A stretch of 64,000 bases of DNA from Dehalococcoidia bacterium (lineage in GTDB: Bacteria > Chloroflexota > Dehalococcoidia > UBA2979). Positions 29,609 to 40,001 of the stretch are shown here, piece by piece. Under the pieces are notes generated by a model. It made no database searches. It was not told where the DNA came from and saw nothing but the letters and a program-made list of their open reading frames with translations. Every line of letters starts with the position of its first letter. The stretch's first letter is position 1. The DNA lies in contig OZ219874.1 in NCBI GenBank assembly GCA_964291495.2, positions 1-64,000 of the forward strand, given 5' to 3'. The position numbers and the translations under genes were made by a program.

Positions 29609-30333
29609 GCGAGGGCGGCGAGGTCCGCTTCGGCGACGCCCGCATCCGCTACCAGGTCATTCGCAGCCCGAGGCGCCACAAGACGATCGAGATCACGGTC
29701 GACGAGCCGGGCCTCGTCACCGTCGCGGCACCGGCGGACACACCCGCCGGCGACATCGAGGCGGCCGTGCGCCGACGCGCGGGCTGGATCATCCGCCACG
29801 ACGGCGAGGCCGCCGCCGCGCTCCCGCCCCGCCGCTTCGTCAGCGGCGAGTCGCTCCCCTACTTCGGGCGCTCCGTACTGATGACCGTTCACCCGACCAA
29901 CGATGACGAGGTGGAGATCCGCTTCCACCACTGGCAGTTCGATGTGGATGTCCCGCGCGCCCTCGATGGCGGGGAGCGACTCATGAAGGTGCGCGCCGCC
30001 TTCGAGTCCTGGTACCGCGACCGCGCCGCTTTCAAGCTCCCGCCGCGCGTCGAGCGCATCGGGAGCCTCCTCGGCGTCAGGCCGAAGGAGGTCCTGATCC
30101 GCGGCCAGCGCAAACGCTGGGCCAGCTGCGCCCCCGACGGCACGCTCCGCTTCAACTGGCGCGCCATCATGGCCCCGCCCGCACTCCTCGACTACGTCGT
30201 CGCCCACGAGCTGGCCCACCTGCGCGTCCGCGGCCACACCCCCGAGTACTGGGCCACCGTCGCCCAGGCCGTCCCGGACTACCGCCTCCGCCGGGCCCGC
30301 CTCCGCGAACTCGGCCCGCGGCTGGGGATCTGA
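29605..30333 (+). CDS. YgjP/M48-like (DUF45) zinc metallopeptidase
   Basis: RWASC and DYVVAHELAH...H. This is the usual neighbour downstream of hsdR; ATGA overlap. Confidence 0.9.
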   Translation: MSEGGEVRFGDARIRYQVIRSPRRHKTIEITVDEPGLVTVAAPADTPAGDIEAAVRRRAGWIIRHDGEAAAALPPRRFVSGESLPYFGRSVLMTVHPTNDDEVEIRFHHWQFDVDVPRALDGGERLMKVRAAFESWYRDRAAFKLPPRVERIGSLLGVRPKEVLIRGQRKRWASCAPDGTLRFNWRAIMAPPALLDYVVAHELAHLRVRGHTPEYWATVAQAVPDYRLRRARLRELGPRLGI

Positions 30334-30572
30334 GCCCTTGCAGTCGCTATGACCGCCCCAGAGGCGACTTCGCCGATCGTGCGGTCGCACGAAGAAGCCA
30401 ACGACTCTGAACTTCGAAGGCGCATGCTGACACCATCGGCGAGATGCTGCGCGTGGGATTGTCGGGATGAGCGATCGGCTGGGCCAGAAGTACGACCGCT
30501 AACCGCTACCGAGGCGATACCTGCAGATCGTCCGACGGGGCCGAACAACGCATCTGCCGTTCCTTATGGGAA

Positions 30573-31991
30573 TCAGGCTTCACGGAGAGGCAGCGGTTTC
30601 AGCGCGCCCGCTCCCAGCGCGCCTTGGCAATCGGGGCAGTCTGGATCACGACGTGGCAGCTCGACCGCTGGACTCGGCTCCACGTTGCGGTACTTCAACC
30701 AATGGACTGCTTCCGGGGCGTCCTGAAGTTCGAGTGTTGCGAAGAGATACTGGTCGACCGCGTGCGCTGCAGCCACCGCGTTTAGAGTTATCACGCTCGG
30801 GGCAGGTACTTCATCAACGTACCGCTGGGCCTCTCGCTGCCCGGATGAGGCCGCCTCTTCCGCGAGTCGGGTCGAGTCGATCAGTTCGCTGCACCAGAGG
30901 CAGGATTCGCCGGGCACCAGCCGGCGAACCACGGAGAACGCATCCTCGAGCGCCCCGCTCGTATTGCTGACGACCTTAGCGCCGACCTGCCACGTGGGAA
31001 TCAGGTACTGATGGCACATGGCGTTGACGACGAGGCGTGCCTGCATGCTGTCGGCGGCGAGGAAGATTGCATCGCAGTCCAAGAGGCGCTCAGCTACAGC
31101 GGGTTCGGTCACATCTCCGGCTATCGCCTCGTAGCGAATGGACCGGTTGGCCTCCTTCGCGACCCTCTCGGTGATCGTGACCTTGAGCGAGGCTCGTCGG
31201 CGCAGCAGCCGTCCCAAGAACCACGGGCGCAGTCCCAGATCACCACGCCTCGCCCCAACGACCCGGGGGACGTTCGTTGGACTGAGTCGATCGTAGTCGA
31301 CCGCCACGACGTGCCCGACACCGAGTCGGGCAAGGTACTCGTTGATGAGGGATCCCGCGCCACCCGCTCCGATCACGGCGACCTTCTGAGCCGCAAGCAC
31401 CGCCTGACCGCGATCTCCAAACAGCCTTACCTGGCGGTCGTACGCGGGATCCGCACTGCGTGGCTTCCGTGGTGAGGCGTACAACCGCTCCAGCGACGTA
31501 CCCACAATGGTCGCGTGCTCGAGGACGTCCTGATCGCGAGGCGTCACCCAGATGCTGCCTGCGACAGCGCGCCGTCCGAAGACCAGTGCCCCGACGGGCG
31601 GGCCATTGAGAATGTCGAGCAGCGCCGGGTAGCCACGCTGGTGCGATGCCGTATCAGTGCCTGAGAATCCGACGGCTCGATCGGAACCAGGATGGTTGTG
31701 GACGGCGAGGTATGCGAGGCCTTCCTCAGCACAGGCCATGACCGACTCGCGGACGAAACCGGGGGTGAGCATCCGGTACCCACGCTCCCCGGGCACATAG
31801 TCGATGCCGTCCCTCGCGAGAAAGAGGCGACGCCCCAGGAGTCGCCGCCGGGCGGCGGTCTCAACAACAGCGGCCCCGATTACAGCCCCATGTTCGTCGT
31901 CGTCGCCGGGGAAGAGGTGAGCGTCCAGTTGATCCGCGATCGCGCGGGGAAGCCGCAGACCGAGAGGGATCCCTACAGATCGCGAAGCCAC
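30573..31991 (-). CDS. JAB peptidase-ThiF/E1 fusion (BubCD-like)
   Basis: N-terminal E..HNHP..FSGTD JAB motif, then YDRQVRLFG, GAGGAGS, TNVPR and the CLWC/CPDC zinc motifs. A GTG start at 31991 is inferred. Confidence 0.85.
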   Translation of the reverse strand: MASRSVGIPLGLRLPRAIADQLDAHLFPGDDDEHGAVIGAAVVETAARRRLLGRRLFLARDGIDYVPGERGYRMLTPGFVRESVMACAEEGLAYLAVHNHPGSDRAVGFSGTDTASHQRGYPALLDILNGPPVGALVFGRRAVAGSIWVTPRDQDVLEHATIVGTSLERLYASPRKPRSADPAYDRQVRLFGDRGQAVLAAQKVAVIGAGGAGSLINEYLARLGVGHVVAVDYDRLSPTNVPRVVGARRGDLGLRPWFLGRLLRRRASLKVTITERVAKEANRSIRYEAIAGDVTEPAVAERLLDCDAIFLAADSMQARLVVNAMCHQYLIPTWQVGAKVVSNTSGALEDAFSVVRRLVPGESCLWCSELIDSTRLAEEAASSGQREAQRYVDEVPAPSVITLNAVAAAHAVDQYLFATLELQDAPEAVHWLKYRNVEPSPAVELPRRDPDCPDCQGALGAGALKPLPLREA

Positions 31992-32353
31992 TGGATCACT
32001 TTCGTAACCTTGAGGGCCGCCGTGTCGACCTCCGGGTTGAGACGGTTGCTGCGCCTCGACAGTTGCAGGGCGGGCTCGCCTTTGAATTCGGCCCGCGCGA
32101 TGCCCTTTCCATGGGGTCGGCCGTCCGCACGGACAAGGTCGGGGCGGACGAACAACGGGTAGACATCCGATCGTGGGTACTGGAAGCCGATCGCGAACGC
32201 GACCCACGTTGCGCTTGGCGCATAGGTGGGCCCAAGCTCGATGGGATCGATCTTCACGATGGCGCCGCCGTCGTCAGTGCCGCAGGCGACGACGTCCGCG
32301 TCGGGGAAGCAGGTCCGAAGCTCCCTGACAGCCTGTTCAACCTGCGCCTTCAT
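31973..32353 (-). CDS. Prokaryotic E2/UBC-like protein (family E, BubB-like)
   Basis: YP..DVYP.F..DL.R.DG...QLSRR...KVIQWL pattern. It lies between the Ubl and E1 genes. Confidence 0.7.
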   Translation of the reverse strand: MKAQVEQAVRELRTCFPDADVVACGTDDGGAIVKIDPIELGPTYAPSATWVAFAIGFQYPRSDVYPLFVRPDLVRADGRPHGKGIARAEFKGEPALQLSRRSNRLNPEVDTAALKVTKVIQWLRDL

Positions 32354-32369
32354 CGGTCGCCGGCCTCCG

Positions 32370-32642
32370 CTATGAGTTGTCGTCGCCGGCCGTAGCGACG
32401 AAGGTCTTGAACTCCAGCACGTCGACTTTGTCAGCATCGCCGACGATCTGCTGCTTGCCATCCGGCTCGACCTTGGCCAATTGGAAGTCCAGCTCGATGG
32501 CGACGCCCTGCTCGATCGACGCCTCCTTGATCTCGATACCGGTTGGCAGTCGGTCCTCGACGTCGACCGGCTTGCGATTCACGGATATGGGGAACGCGCC
32601 CTTGCGGTCGTCCGGGGGCTTGCTGGTTCGCTCGCTCGTCAT
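32370..32642 (-). CDS. Ubiquitin-like (multi-ubiquitin family) protein
   Basis: Beta-grasp pattern ISVN.KPV...TG.EIK...GDADKVDV...F, with C-terminal AG-DDNS. GGAGG RBS. Confidence 0.75.
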   Translation of the reverse strand: MTSERTSKPPDDRKGAFPISVNRKPVDVEDRLPTGIEIKEASIEQGVAIELDFQLAKVEPDGKQQIVGDADKVDVLEFKTFVATAGDDNS

Positions 32643-32737
32643 GAGGTAACCTCCAATTGCGATCCAGACGGCCGGTTGCCGCTTGGTGATTGCACGGTAG
32701 CATCTCGGTTCGAGATGCGCAACTCGCGGAGGGAAGC

Positions 32738-33103
32738 ATGGATGGGAAGTTCGGGCGGTTCGACGGAGCTGCCTTCTTCGAGGCGCTCAACGCGACCCGT
32801 CAGGCGCGGACGCTCACCTGGAAGCAGGTCGCTGCCGAGTCGGGGGTGAGCGCATCCACCCTCACTCGGATGGCACAGGGGAGGAGGCCAGACGTCGATG
32901 GGCTCGCAGCTCTCGCGTCCTGGGCGGCCCTGAACACGGACGACTTCATCCGCTCTGAGGCGAAACAGGGGAACCCAGAGCCACTAGCGATGATCTCAAC
33001 GTACCTCAGAGCGGACAAGAACCTCACCCCCGAGGCCGCTGCGGCCTTGGACGAGGTGGTCAAGGTGACCTACCAGCACCTCAGACGCCTGGAGGAAGAG
33101 TGA
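32738..33103 (+). CDS. XRE HTH regulator (CapH-like)
   Basis: HTH motif LTWKQVAAESGVSASTLTRMAQG.RPD. Divergent from the Ubl operon. Confidence 0.88.
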   Translation: MDGKFGRFDGAAFFEALNATRQARTLTWKQVAAESGVSASTLTRMAQGRRPDVDGLAALASWAALNTDDFIRSEAKQGNPEPLAMISTYLRADKNLTPEAAAALDEVVKVTYQHLRRLEEE

Positions 33104-33696
33104 AGCTGCAGCACGGTTTCAAGTCTCAGGCTGCCGCACTCGCGGAGGAGGTGCGGGTCGAACTCGGGCTCACGCCGTTCGATCGGCTTGATCCTCACGC
33201 ACTCGCTGCGCACCTGGACATCCCGGTCGTACCTCTCAGCGAACTCGCGGCCGAGTCCGCTGGCGCCGAGTACTTCCTGACTGCAGCCCAAGAGGCGTTC
33301 TCAGGCCTAACCGTCTTCGACGGTGCGCGGCGGATCATCGTGTACAACGACTCACACCCCCCCGCGCGCCAGAACAGCGACATCGCCCACGAAGTCAGCC
33401 ATGCGCTCCTGATGCACGAGCCTACCCCCGCGCTGGATAGCGTTACGGGATGCCGGGAGTGGAACGGCACGCGAGAGGATGAAGCGGCTTGGCTCAGTGG
33501 TGAGTTGCTGGTGACCGGGAACATGGCCCTAGCGATCGCTCGGGGCCGATTCACCGAGAGTCAGGCTCGCGAACGTCTAGGCGTAAGCGCGAGGATGCTC
33601 GAGTGGCGCCTCAACATGAGCGGTGCGCGTAAGCGCGCGGCGAGGGAGAGAGCGCGGCGAACGCCTCGCCGTCGAACAGCAGGGGCTCCGCGATGA
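33100..33696 (+). CDS. ImmA/IrrE-family metallopeptidase (CapP-like)
   Basis: RQNSDIAHEVSH and EDEAAWL. GTGA overlap with the HTH gene. Confidence 0.88.
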   Translation: MKLQHGFKSQAAALAEEVRVELGLTPFDRLDPHALAAHLDIPVVPLSELAAESAGAEYFLTAAQEAFSGLTVFDGARRIIVYNDSHPPARQNSDIAHEVSHALLMHEPTPALDSVTGCREWNGTREDEAAWLSGELLVTGNMALAIARGRFTESQARERLGVSARMLEWRLNMSGARKRAARERARRTPRRRTAGAPR

Positions 33697-33981
33697 GGGC
33701 TATCGGCCGGCGGGGGCGAGTTTCGAGGCTCGAAGGCCCACTTTCCCTTTCGACCGACGGATCCGGTACCCACTCGCAGAACCGCACTTGGCTCTCTGGC
33801 CCACTGTAGAGAGAGTAGTGGGTCTGTCGAGATAGGCCGACACGACCACGACGACCGCTCGAGCCTCCAAGCGAGTGAGAGTGGCACGATACTTGCGCGC
33901 GACCCGGGTGTAGTCGACGCGGGAGCCTTGAGTCGTCCCACCCTGTGGTCGCGACCGGCACCTTTGCTCTGACCGGAGGGT

Positions 33982-35043
33982 CTAGAGGTCTGGGCCCGCA
34001 CCGCCGTCCCACTGCCGGAACTCCTCGGGCAGGATCTTCAGGAGAGCGTCGGGGTCCATCCCGTACACGTCGTACGTGCGCTCGAGCTGGTCGAGCACGC
34101 GGACCAGGTGGCGGAGACCGCCCCGACTGAAGTTGAAGCCCCTCTTCTGCTGCGCACCGTGCGTGTAGAGGCGCAGGATTAGCGGGACGACCCCGAGCGA
34201 ATTGAAGATGCGTATCGCACCGAACGACCGCTGCGCGATGTCGCCCCACCACGTCAGCTCCCTGTCGAGAAGGAACGCCGCGCTCTCGCCATGTTGTTCG
34301 TAGAGGCGCCACGATCCCCAGAGGTAGTGCCGGAACCGGAGTTGGTAGGACCGGGCGGCGACATCGCGGCGATCGACGACGAACGTCTCGTCGAGCGGGG
34401 ACAGTTGAACGATGCCGTTGTCGCGACGCACGGTCTCCGCGAAGTAGAACATGCCCAGCCAGGACCACACCCCGGCATGGTCGGCCACGAGATGCGCGAT
34501 CGGCTTTAGCAGGGGCTCGAAGTACTCAGCGGCGTCGCGGCGTGTGCGGAACGCGCGGCGCTCGACCTCGATCTCACCGACGAACCGGGCTGCGTAGCGC
34601 TCGTCGTAGAGCAGGTCGGGCGGGGGTTCGGTGGGATCCCTCGGGTCGTCACGCAGGCCCGCGAGGAACTCACGTGCTCGCTCGATGCCGGCGGGGGTCA
34701 GGCGGCGCAACCGCTGGCGTTCGCTCCGGCGCGGCTGTCCCAGGCCGGCGCTCACGGTCTCGGCCATTCGCTTGAGTTCCTGCGACGGGGACGGATCGGG
34801 CGGAGCCTCGCCGCCGAGCAGTTGCGCGGTAAGGGCGTCGATGGCCTGGTTGATCCGAGCCAGTATGGTCGCGCGACGCACCTTGTAGCCCGGCACGCCA
34901 GAAACCTGAACGAAAGCTCCCCACTCGGGCGTTCCCGGCTCTGCATAATTTCGGAGGTTCACACGGCGTGGGGCGCCCTCTTCCCCGAGTACGTCACGTA
35001 TCTCGCGGAGCCTCGACAGCGCATCGCGGTTGTGATCGTTCAT
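33982..35043 (-). CDS. Hypothetical protein, gene C of the GHKL operon
   Basis: Aromatic-rich globular protein (VWSWLGMFYF, RFRHYLW). ATGA overlap with gene B. Confidence 0.7.
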   Translation of the reverse strand: MNDHNRDALSRLREIRDVLGEEGAPRRVNLRNYAEPGTPEWGAFVQVSGVPGYKVRRATILARINQAIDALTAQLLGGEAPPDPSPSQELKRMAETVSAGLGQPRRSERQRLRRLTPAGIERAREFLAGLRDDPRDPTEPPPDLLYDERYAARFVGEIEVERRAFRTRRDAAEYFEPLLKPIAHLVADHAGVWSWLGMFYFAETVRRDNGIVQLSPLDETFVVDRRDVAARSYQLRFRHYLWGSWRLYEQHGESAAFLLDRELTWWGDIAQRSFGAIRIFNSLGVVPLILRLYTHGAQQKRGFNFSRGGLRHLVRVLDQLERTYDVYGMDPDALLKILPEEFRQWDGGAGPDL

Positions 35044-35819
35044 GATCTGCGCCCGTGAATCGCGTTGTTGTAAGCGTCGGCCGCGTCCAGGCGGACATCC
35101 GCGAAGGCACCTACCACACGGTCGACCCACCGGTTCGCCGCGGCGATGTCGGCGTCCGTCGTCCCTTGGTGCTGCAGGTGAGGGGGCTCCTCGTCGGGGA
35201 GCAGCGCCTGGGCGATCTCGAACCATCCTCCCCACGGGCCTTCATCGTCGTCCGGGTCTTGTCGCTCGACGAGCACGACGTGGGCGAGAATCGTGCGAAG
35301 CACGTCGGGCATCACCAGCGAACGGAACGCCTCGTCGCTGCGAACGATCTCGCTGATCCCGTCGACGGACGCGTTGATGAGCAGCTCTGGTCTGTCCATC
35401 CCATCGCCGAAGTCCACGCGCCACACTTCGTCGCCCAACTCGTCGCTCTCACGTACGGGCAGGAGCGACCTGCGAGGCAGGACTGGCCGGATGTTCGGCG
35501 CGTGTCCGAGTAGCAGCCCAGAACCGTCGCCGGCCACGACGATCACGCGGAATTGCGCCGATGCGGGGACATCGGATAGTTGCCGCTCTTCGTCACTGGG
35601 CGGGTCGAGCGCGCCGGCAGTGCCGTAGTCCCAGCGCTGCACTGCGTTACTGCGCCACGCCTCCACCCGCACCTGGGCGTCATCCGGGAAGCCATAACCC
35701 GACAGGTCGAGGCTTGCGTCGAAGATTGGCGCGTCTTCACCCTCCGGAGCGCGCACGGATACCTGCGCGTGGTTCCGCGATATGCGCCTCCGCCCGGTGT
35801 GGTTGAGTCGACTCCTCAC
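35040..35819 (-). CDS. Hypothetical protein, gene B of the GHKL operon
   Basis: 259-aa ORF with 4-nt overlaps to both neighbours. Confidence 0.75.
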   Translation of the reverse strand: MRSRLNHTGRRRISRNHAQVSVRAPEGEDAPIFDASLDLSGYGFPDDAQVRVEAWRSNAVQRWDYGTAGALDPPSDEERQLSDVPASAQFRVIVVAGDGSGLLLGHAPNIRPVLPRRSLLPVRESDELGDEVWRVDFGDGMDRPELLINASVDGISEIVRSDEAFRSLVMPDVLRTILAHVVLVERQDPDDDEGPWGGWFEIAQALLPDEEPPHLQHQGTTDADIAAANRWVDRVVGAFADVRLDAADAYNNAIHGRRS

Positions 35820-37530
35820 GGCGAACCGTCCCCATCTGGGGAGTCGTCGGATGACTCGATCCGCTGCAGATCAATGATCACATCGCGATCGTCGAGGCCG
35901 GTCACGTCGAGACGGATGTCGCCAGCAAGCACTCGGAACCGGATGGAGTTGTCCGCAGTACGCTCAATCTCCGCGGAGCGCGCAAGCACCTCAACCTGCC
36001 CCGATCCGATGGAGAAGTCGGGGACACTTTGTCGGGCGCCTTGATCGAACAGGCTGAACGCGTTCCCTCGGACGACGTCATACGCGAATCGCAGCGTCCA
36101 CTCTGAGCCCACAATCTCGGAGCCTCGTGGGGTCGTCACAAAGAAGCCGGACGCTGTTCGGCTCGCATGCAAGGCCGGCGGGGGAGGCAGTGGCGGTGGA
36201 GGTGGAGGCGGGTCGCCTCCGCGGCGACCGCTCTTCGTGCGGCCGCGGATGTCTGCTGGATCAGCAGGGAACAGATCAGCGAGGGCGTCGAACTGCTGCT
36301 CGTCGGGTCGCTCGGCGAGGCGTTGCAGCATGAGCACGGCAGCTCGCCTGACTTCCTGAACGCGGCCGTACCCGCCGACCCAGTGGTCCTTGAGACGCTG
36401 CTCGTGCGGATCCCACGAGACGTGCGCCGGTCCTTCCGAGTCCCTGAGCAGATGCGCCAGCTCCGAATGTCCGTCTACGACCACGAGCACTCTCGCCCTG
36501 TAGCGCGTGATGTGATCCATCCTCGGGATGCTGAGGTGGCCCCGAACGAAGTAGTCGTGACCGCTCGACAGGCCGTCCGCCCGCTCGAGATACATCTGGA
36601 AGGTAGTCGCCGTGCGCTCAGCGGATCCCCTGCGCCGAACCCGGGTCTCGAGCTCGAACGCCAGCCGATCCCCGCGCTCGTAGCGTTCTCTCAAATCCTC
36701 GAGATCAAGCAACTCAATGGTGTTGTTAGCACTTGTGGGCACTTGCAGCGTGATGTGCGCTTCGTCATCAAGCTGAACCGCCCATTGCGCTAGCCGGATC
36801 ACTCCCGCGAGTGAGTCGGGTGACTCCTCGTCGTGAGCGTTCTCGGTGGCAGGCATCTCGATGTCGACGACCTCGCGAGCGATCGTTTCGGCGCTGATGG
36901 TCCGCTGCCGTTCACCCGGCGCTCGGACCTCGACCGTGAGATCCCCCCGGACGATCGGAAGGAAGTACTGTGTGATCACGGCCCGCGCTATCGCGCCGGG
37001 CGTGAGGTCTTCCTTCGGGAACGGCACGATCACCGACAGGCCGGGATGGTCCAGTCTGTCGAGCCGAAAATCAGAGAGCGTCTGGAGAACGAAGTCGGGG
37101 TCGTCCCTGGAGTCGATGGGAAGCGGCAGCCACTCGTCGTCTCGTGTGTCCGTCTCCGCAGCGAACTGGCCATAGGGCGGGTGCTTGGTCTCGTCGACAG
37201 TGTGTGTCCTCAGGACCGCCATCCCCATGAGCAACGTGCGATCCTCGCCAACACGCTGAGTTGCGCCGATGTACGCGTTCACCCTGGATGCGTCAGGGAA
37301 GACCCACTTCCCCAGCCCCCACGAACCGCCCGCATCCTCACCCTTGGGTGAGATACCGATGCTTCGGAAGAAGCCCCAGAAGTCGTTACCTGGCTCCTTC
37401 GGGTGATTCGCCTCAATGTCGCCGGCAAGGCCGGTCGTGCCGAAGTCCTCGACCGCAACCCATGGCATCGGCCCGTCCAGGCACGCCAGAGCCTCGTCGA
37501 TGGCTTCGCGCTCTGCAGCGTCGGCGCTCC
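35816..37530 (-). pseudogene. GHKL/MORC-like ATPase, 5'-truncated (gene A)
   Basis: VEDFGTTGL (G1 box) and GGSWGLGK (G2 box) are present. The N-box (E..QNS.DA) and a start codon are absent; the upstream in-frame text is the antisense of another gene. Confidence 0.65.
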
Positions 37531-38187
37531 CCCGATGAGTGGCGGATCTTGCCCGAGTTGATCCGCGCTCGGCGTGGCCTCGAACTCCACGAGTTGGAGT
37601 CGGACGCCGAGCGTCGCGCGAGGATCGCCGGGCGCGAGGCTGCGGAGCGCGACACCGAGCGGGCGCGGCGTAACGCCGAACGGGAGCGCCGCGAGACGGA
37701 GGACTGGCCCGACGCCTTCGACCGCGCCCGCCAGGAGGGTGAGGCGCGTCTGGCCCGCGAGGAAGAGGAGCGAGCCGCCTCCCGCGAGGCCGAGGAGCAA
37801 GAACGCCTCGACCGAGCAGCCGAGGTTGCTCGCCGCCGCGAGGAGGCACGGCGGGCGCAGCGCGAGCGGCAGGAGCGCGACCGTCGCGAGGCTGAGGAGC
37901 GCTCCCGCCGCGATCAGGAGGAGCACCAGGCGCGTCGCGAAGCTGAGAAGCAGGCCGCCCTGGACGAAGCGGGACGAGCAGATCACGAAGAGACAGACCT
38001 CGAGCGCCGTGACGAAGAAGCCGAGCTCCCGCCAAACGGGGCCCGGGAGGCCGCGCCCCGGTCGCCGCGGCCGGCGAGCAGGCACGAAGGCGGCTCGATC
38101 GAGGACGGAGAGCGCGGGACTTATCGCGTCGAGAGGGAAGGGGCCGCCTCATCCGCGGCAGCGCCGCCGCCGGCACAGGAGGACGCC
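37500..38187 (+). pseudogene. 5'-less fragment of a charged coiled-coil protein
   Basis: A long E/R/A-rich in-frame stretch with no credible start. Confidence 0.4.
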
Positions 38188-39247
38188 ATGTCGAATGACA
38201 GGCACGACGACGCTGAACTCGAAGCCCGCCTGCAGGAGCTGGCGGAACTCGCCGACGAGGGCCTGATCTCGCCGGAGGAGTACGCCGAGCGCCGCGAGCG
38301 CGTTGCCGCCACGGGTGCCGAGGCGGCGGAAGCCCTGACCGCTGCGAACGCGTCAAACGATGCAGACGAGGCGTCGAACGACGAGGACGACGGAACGGAC
38401 ACGGCAGACGCTCCAGGTGCGGGTGAGCCGGATGAGTTCCCGGCAGTCGACGACGACGCGGAGGACGATGGGGCGTCCGACGATGAGCCGCCGACGGACG
38501 AGGACGCACAAGTTGACGCGCTATCGCAGACGCCGGGCGGGGTCGCCCGGGATCTCCGGGGCTACGCGCGGCGGTTGAAGGGCAGGGGCGAGGAGGGCCT
38601 GGCCGACGCCGTGCGCGAATACGCGGAGCGCGTCAGGGGCGTCGAGCGGGGCGAGTTGCCGGCCGTGCTCAGTGTGGCGCCTGCGGCCATCGCCCCTGAG
38701 ATGGTCGGTGCGGCGCTGGTCCGACGCAGGCTGGAAGGCTTCCTCGAGTTCTTCCGCAACGTCCTCATCTTCATGCCCGTGCTGTGGACCTGGCTCAAGC
38801 TCCAGGCCGCCGTCGACGCTTACACGCCCGGCCCGGAGCAGAACTTCTTCGACTTTTGGGTAGAGACCGGCTCATCGCACTGGCTCTTGGGCGGGCCGCT
38901 GACTCATGCCGCCCTGCAGGTCGCGGTCGTCCTCGTCCTGCTCGTCGTCGTCAACTCCCTCCTCGGCATCTTGAGCGGGCGTACCGAGCGGCGGAGGGAG
39001 CGAGAGGCGCGGAGCTTCGCCGCTGTGCTGGCCCGCGCCGAAGCAGCGGGCGCGGCCCACCGGGCCGAAGACCCGCAGTCGACGCTGGCAGGCTTCGCCG
39101 TCGCCGCCACCGGTCTTACGACGGAGCTGCGCTCCGTCGGAGAGGGGCTGCAACGCTCGGCCACCCCCTTCGCCGAGTCTGTCGAGCTGGCGCGGCAGGC
39201 GTTGACCGAGACATCCGGGGCAGTCGCAAGCCAGCAACGGCGACTCG
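38188..39247 (+). pseudogene. SHOCT-domain two-TM membrane protein, 3'-truncated
   Basis: AGGAGG RBS before ATG 38188, a SHOCT motif (LAELADEGLISPEEY), an acidic linker and two TM helices. It is cut by the duplicated segment at 39248. Confidence 0.6.
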
Positions 39248-40001
39248 ACCTCCGATCGTTCAACAGGAAGGAGCGCTTCATTCCTGCTGCGCGAGGCCCT
39301 CGGCGGCGACACCCTCGGCGACGACTTCCGCGAGCGGCTCGGCGAAGCCATCGGTGTTGCGATCCCCGAGGACGCGTTCGTCGCGATGGACTACCACCTC
39401 GACTGGCTGCAGATGGCGCTCTACCTGGCAGCCAATCCCTCGCCGCCGGAGCGTATCCGCAACGACGGACTCGTCTCCGGGAACCAGGAAGACGCGGACC
39501 TGATCGTCGCGTTCGAGGGGGACTCGACGACGCACGTCGCCCTGGTTGAAGCGAAGGTCGAGACGAACTGGGCGAACAGGCAGCTCAAGTCGAAGGCCGG
39601 GCGGCTTAGCCGGATCTTCGGCGAAGGGCGGCCCGGGGTTCACCTGGCGACGCCCCACTACGTGCTCGCATCACCCGAACCGCCCTCTCCGGGCATCAGC
39701 ACCGCCGGTTGGCCCGAGTGGATGAGGCCCCATGACGAGCCGGTCTGGATCGAGCTCAGGAGGCCGGCCCGGCTCAAGAAGCCGACGCGCTGTACGGCGC
39801 ACGGGAAGACCTCGCGGCGGGGCCGCTTCGTGAAGATCGAATCGGTGAGCGGCTACGCCCAGCCGGCAGCGTCGGGAGTCGGTCCGCACGAGGTCGTGCA
39901 TAAGGGCCAGGCGTACACCGTCGACTCTGAGGGCTTCGTCCTGCTCGCCTCGGGCCGCCGCGACAAGCGCTACAAGTACCCGCTCGGTCAGCGGTCCTGA
40001 G
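39248..40001 (+). repeat. Copy 1 of a 754-bp direct repeat (PD-(D/E)XK-like pseudogene)
   Basis: Matches 53056-53809; two substitutions were seen. Confidence 0.9.

Noticed and set aside
24022-33696. TIR + E1/E2/JAB as a type II CBASS system
   Set aside because: There is no CD-NTase. The TIR is in a different operon on the opposite strand, and the E1 module has its own Ubl.
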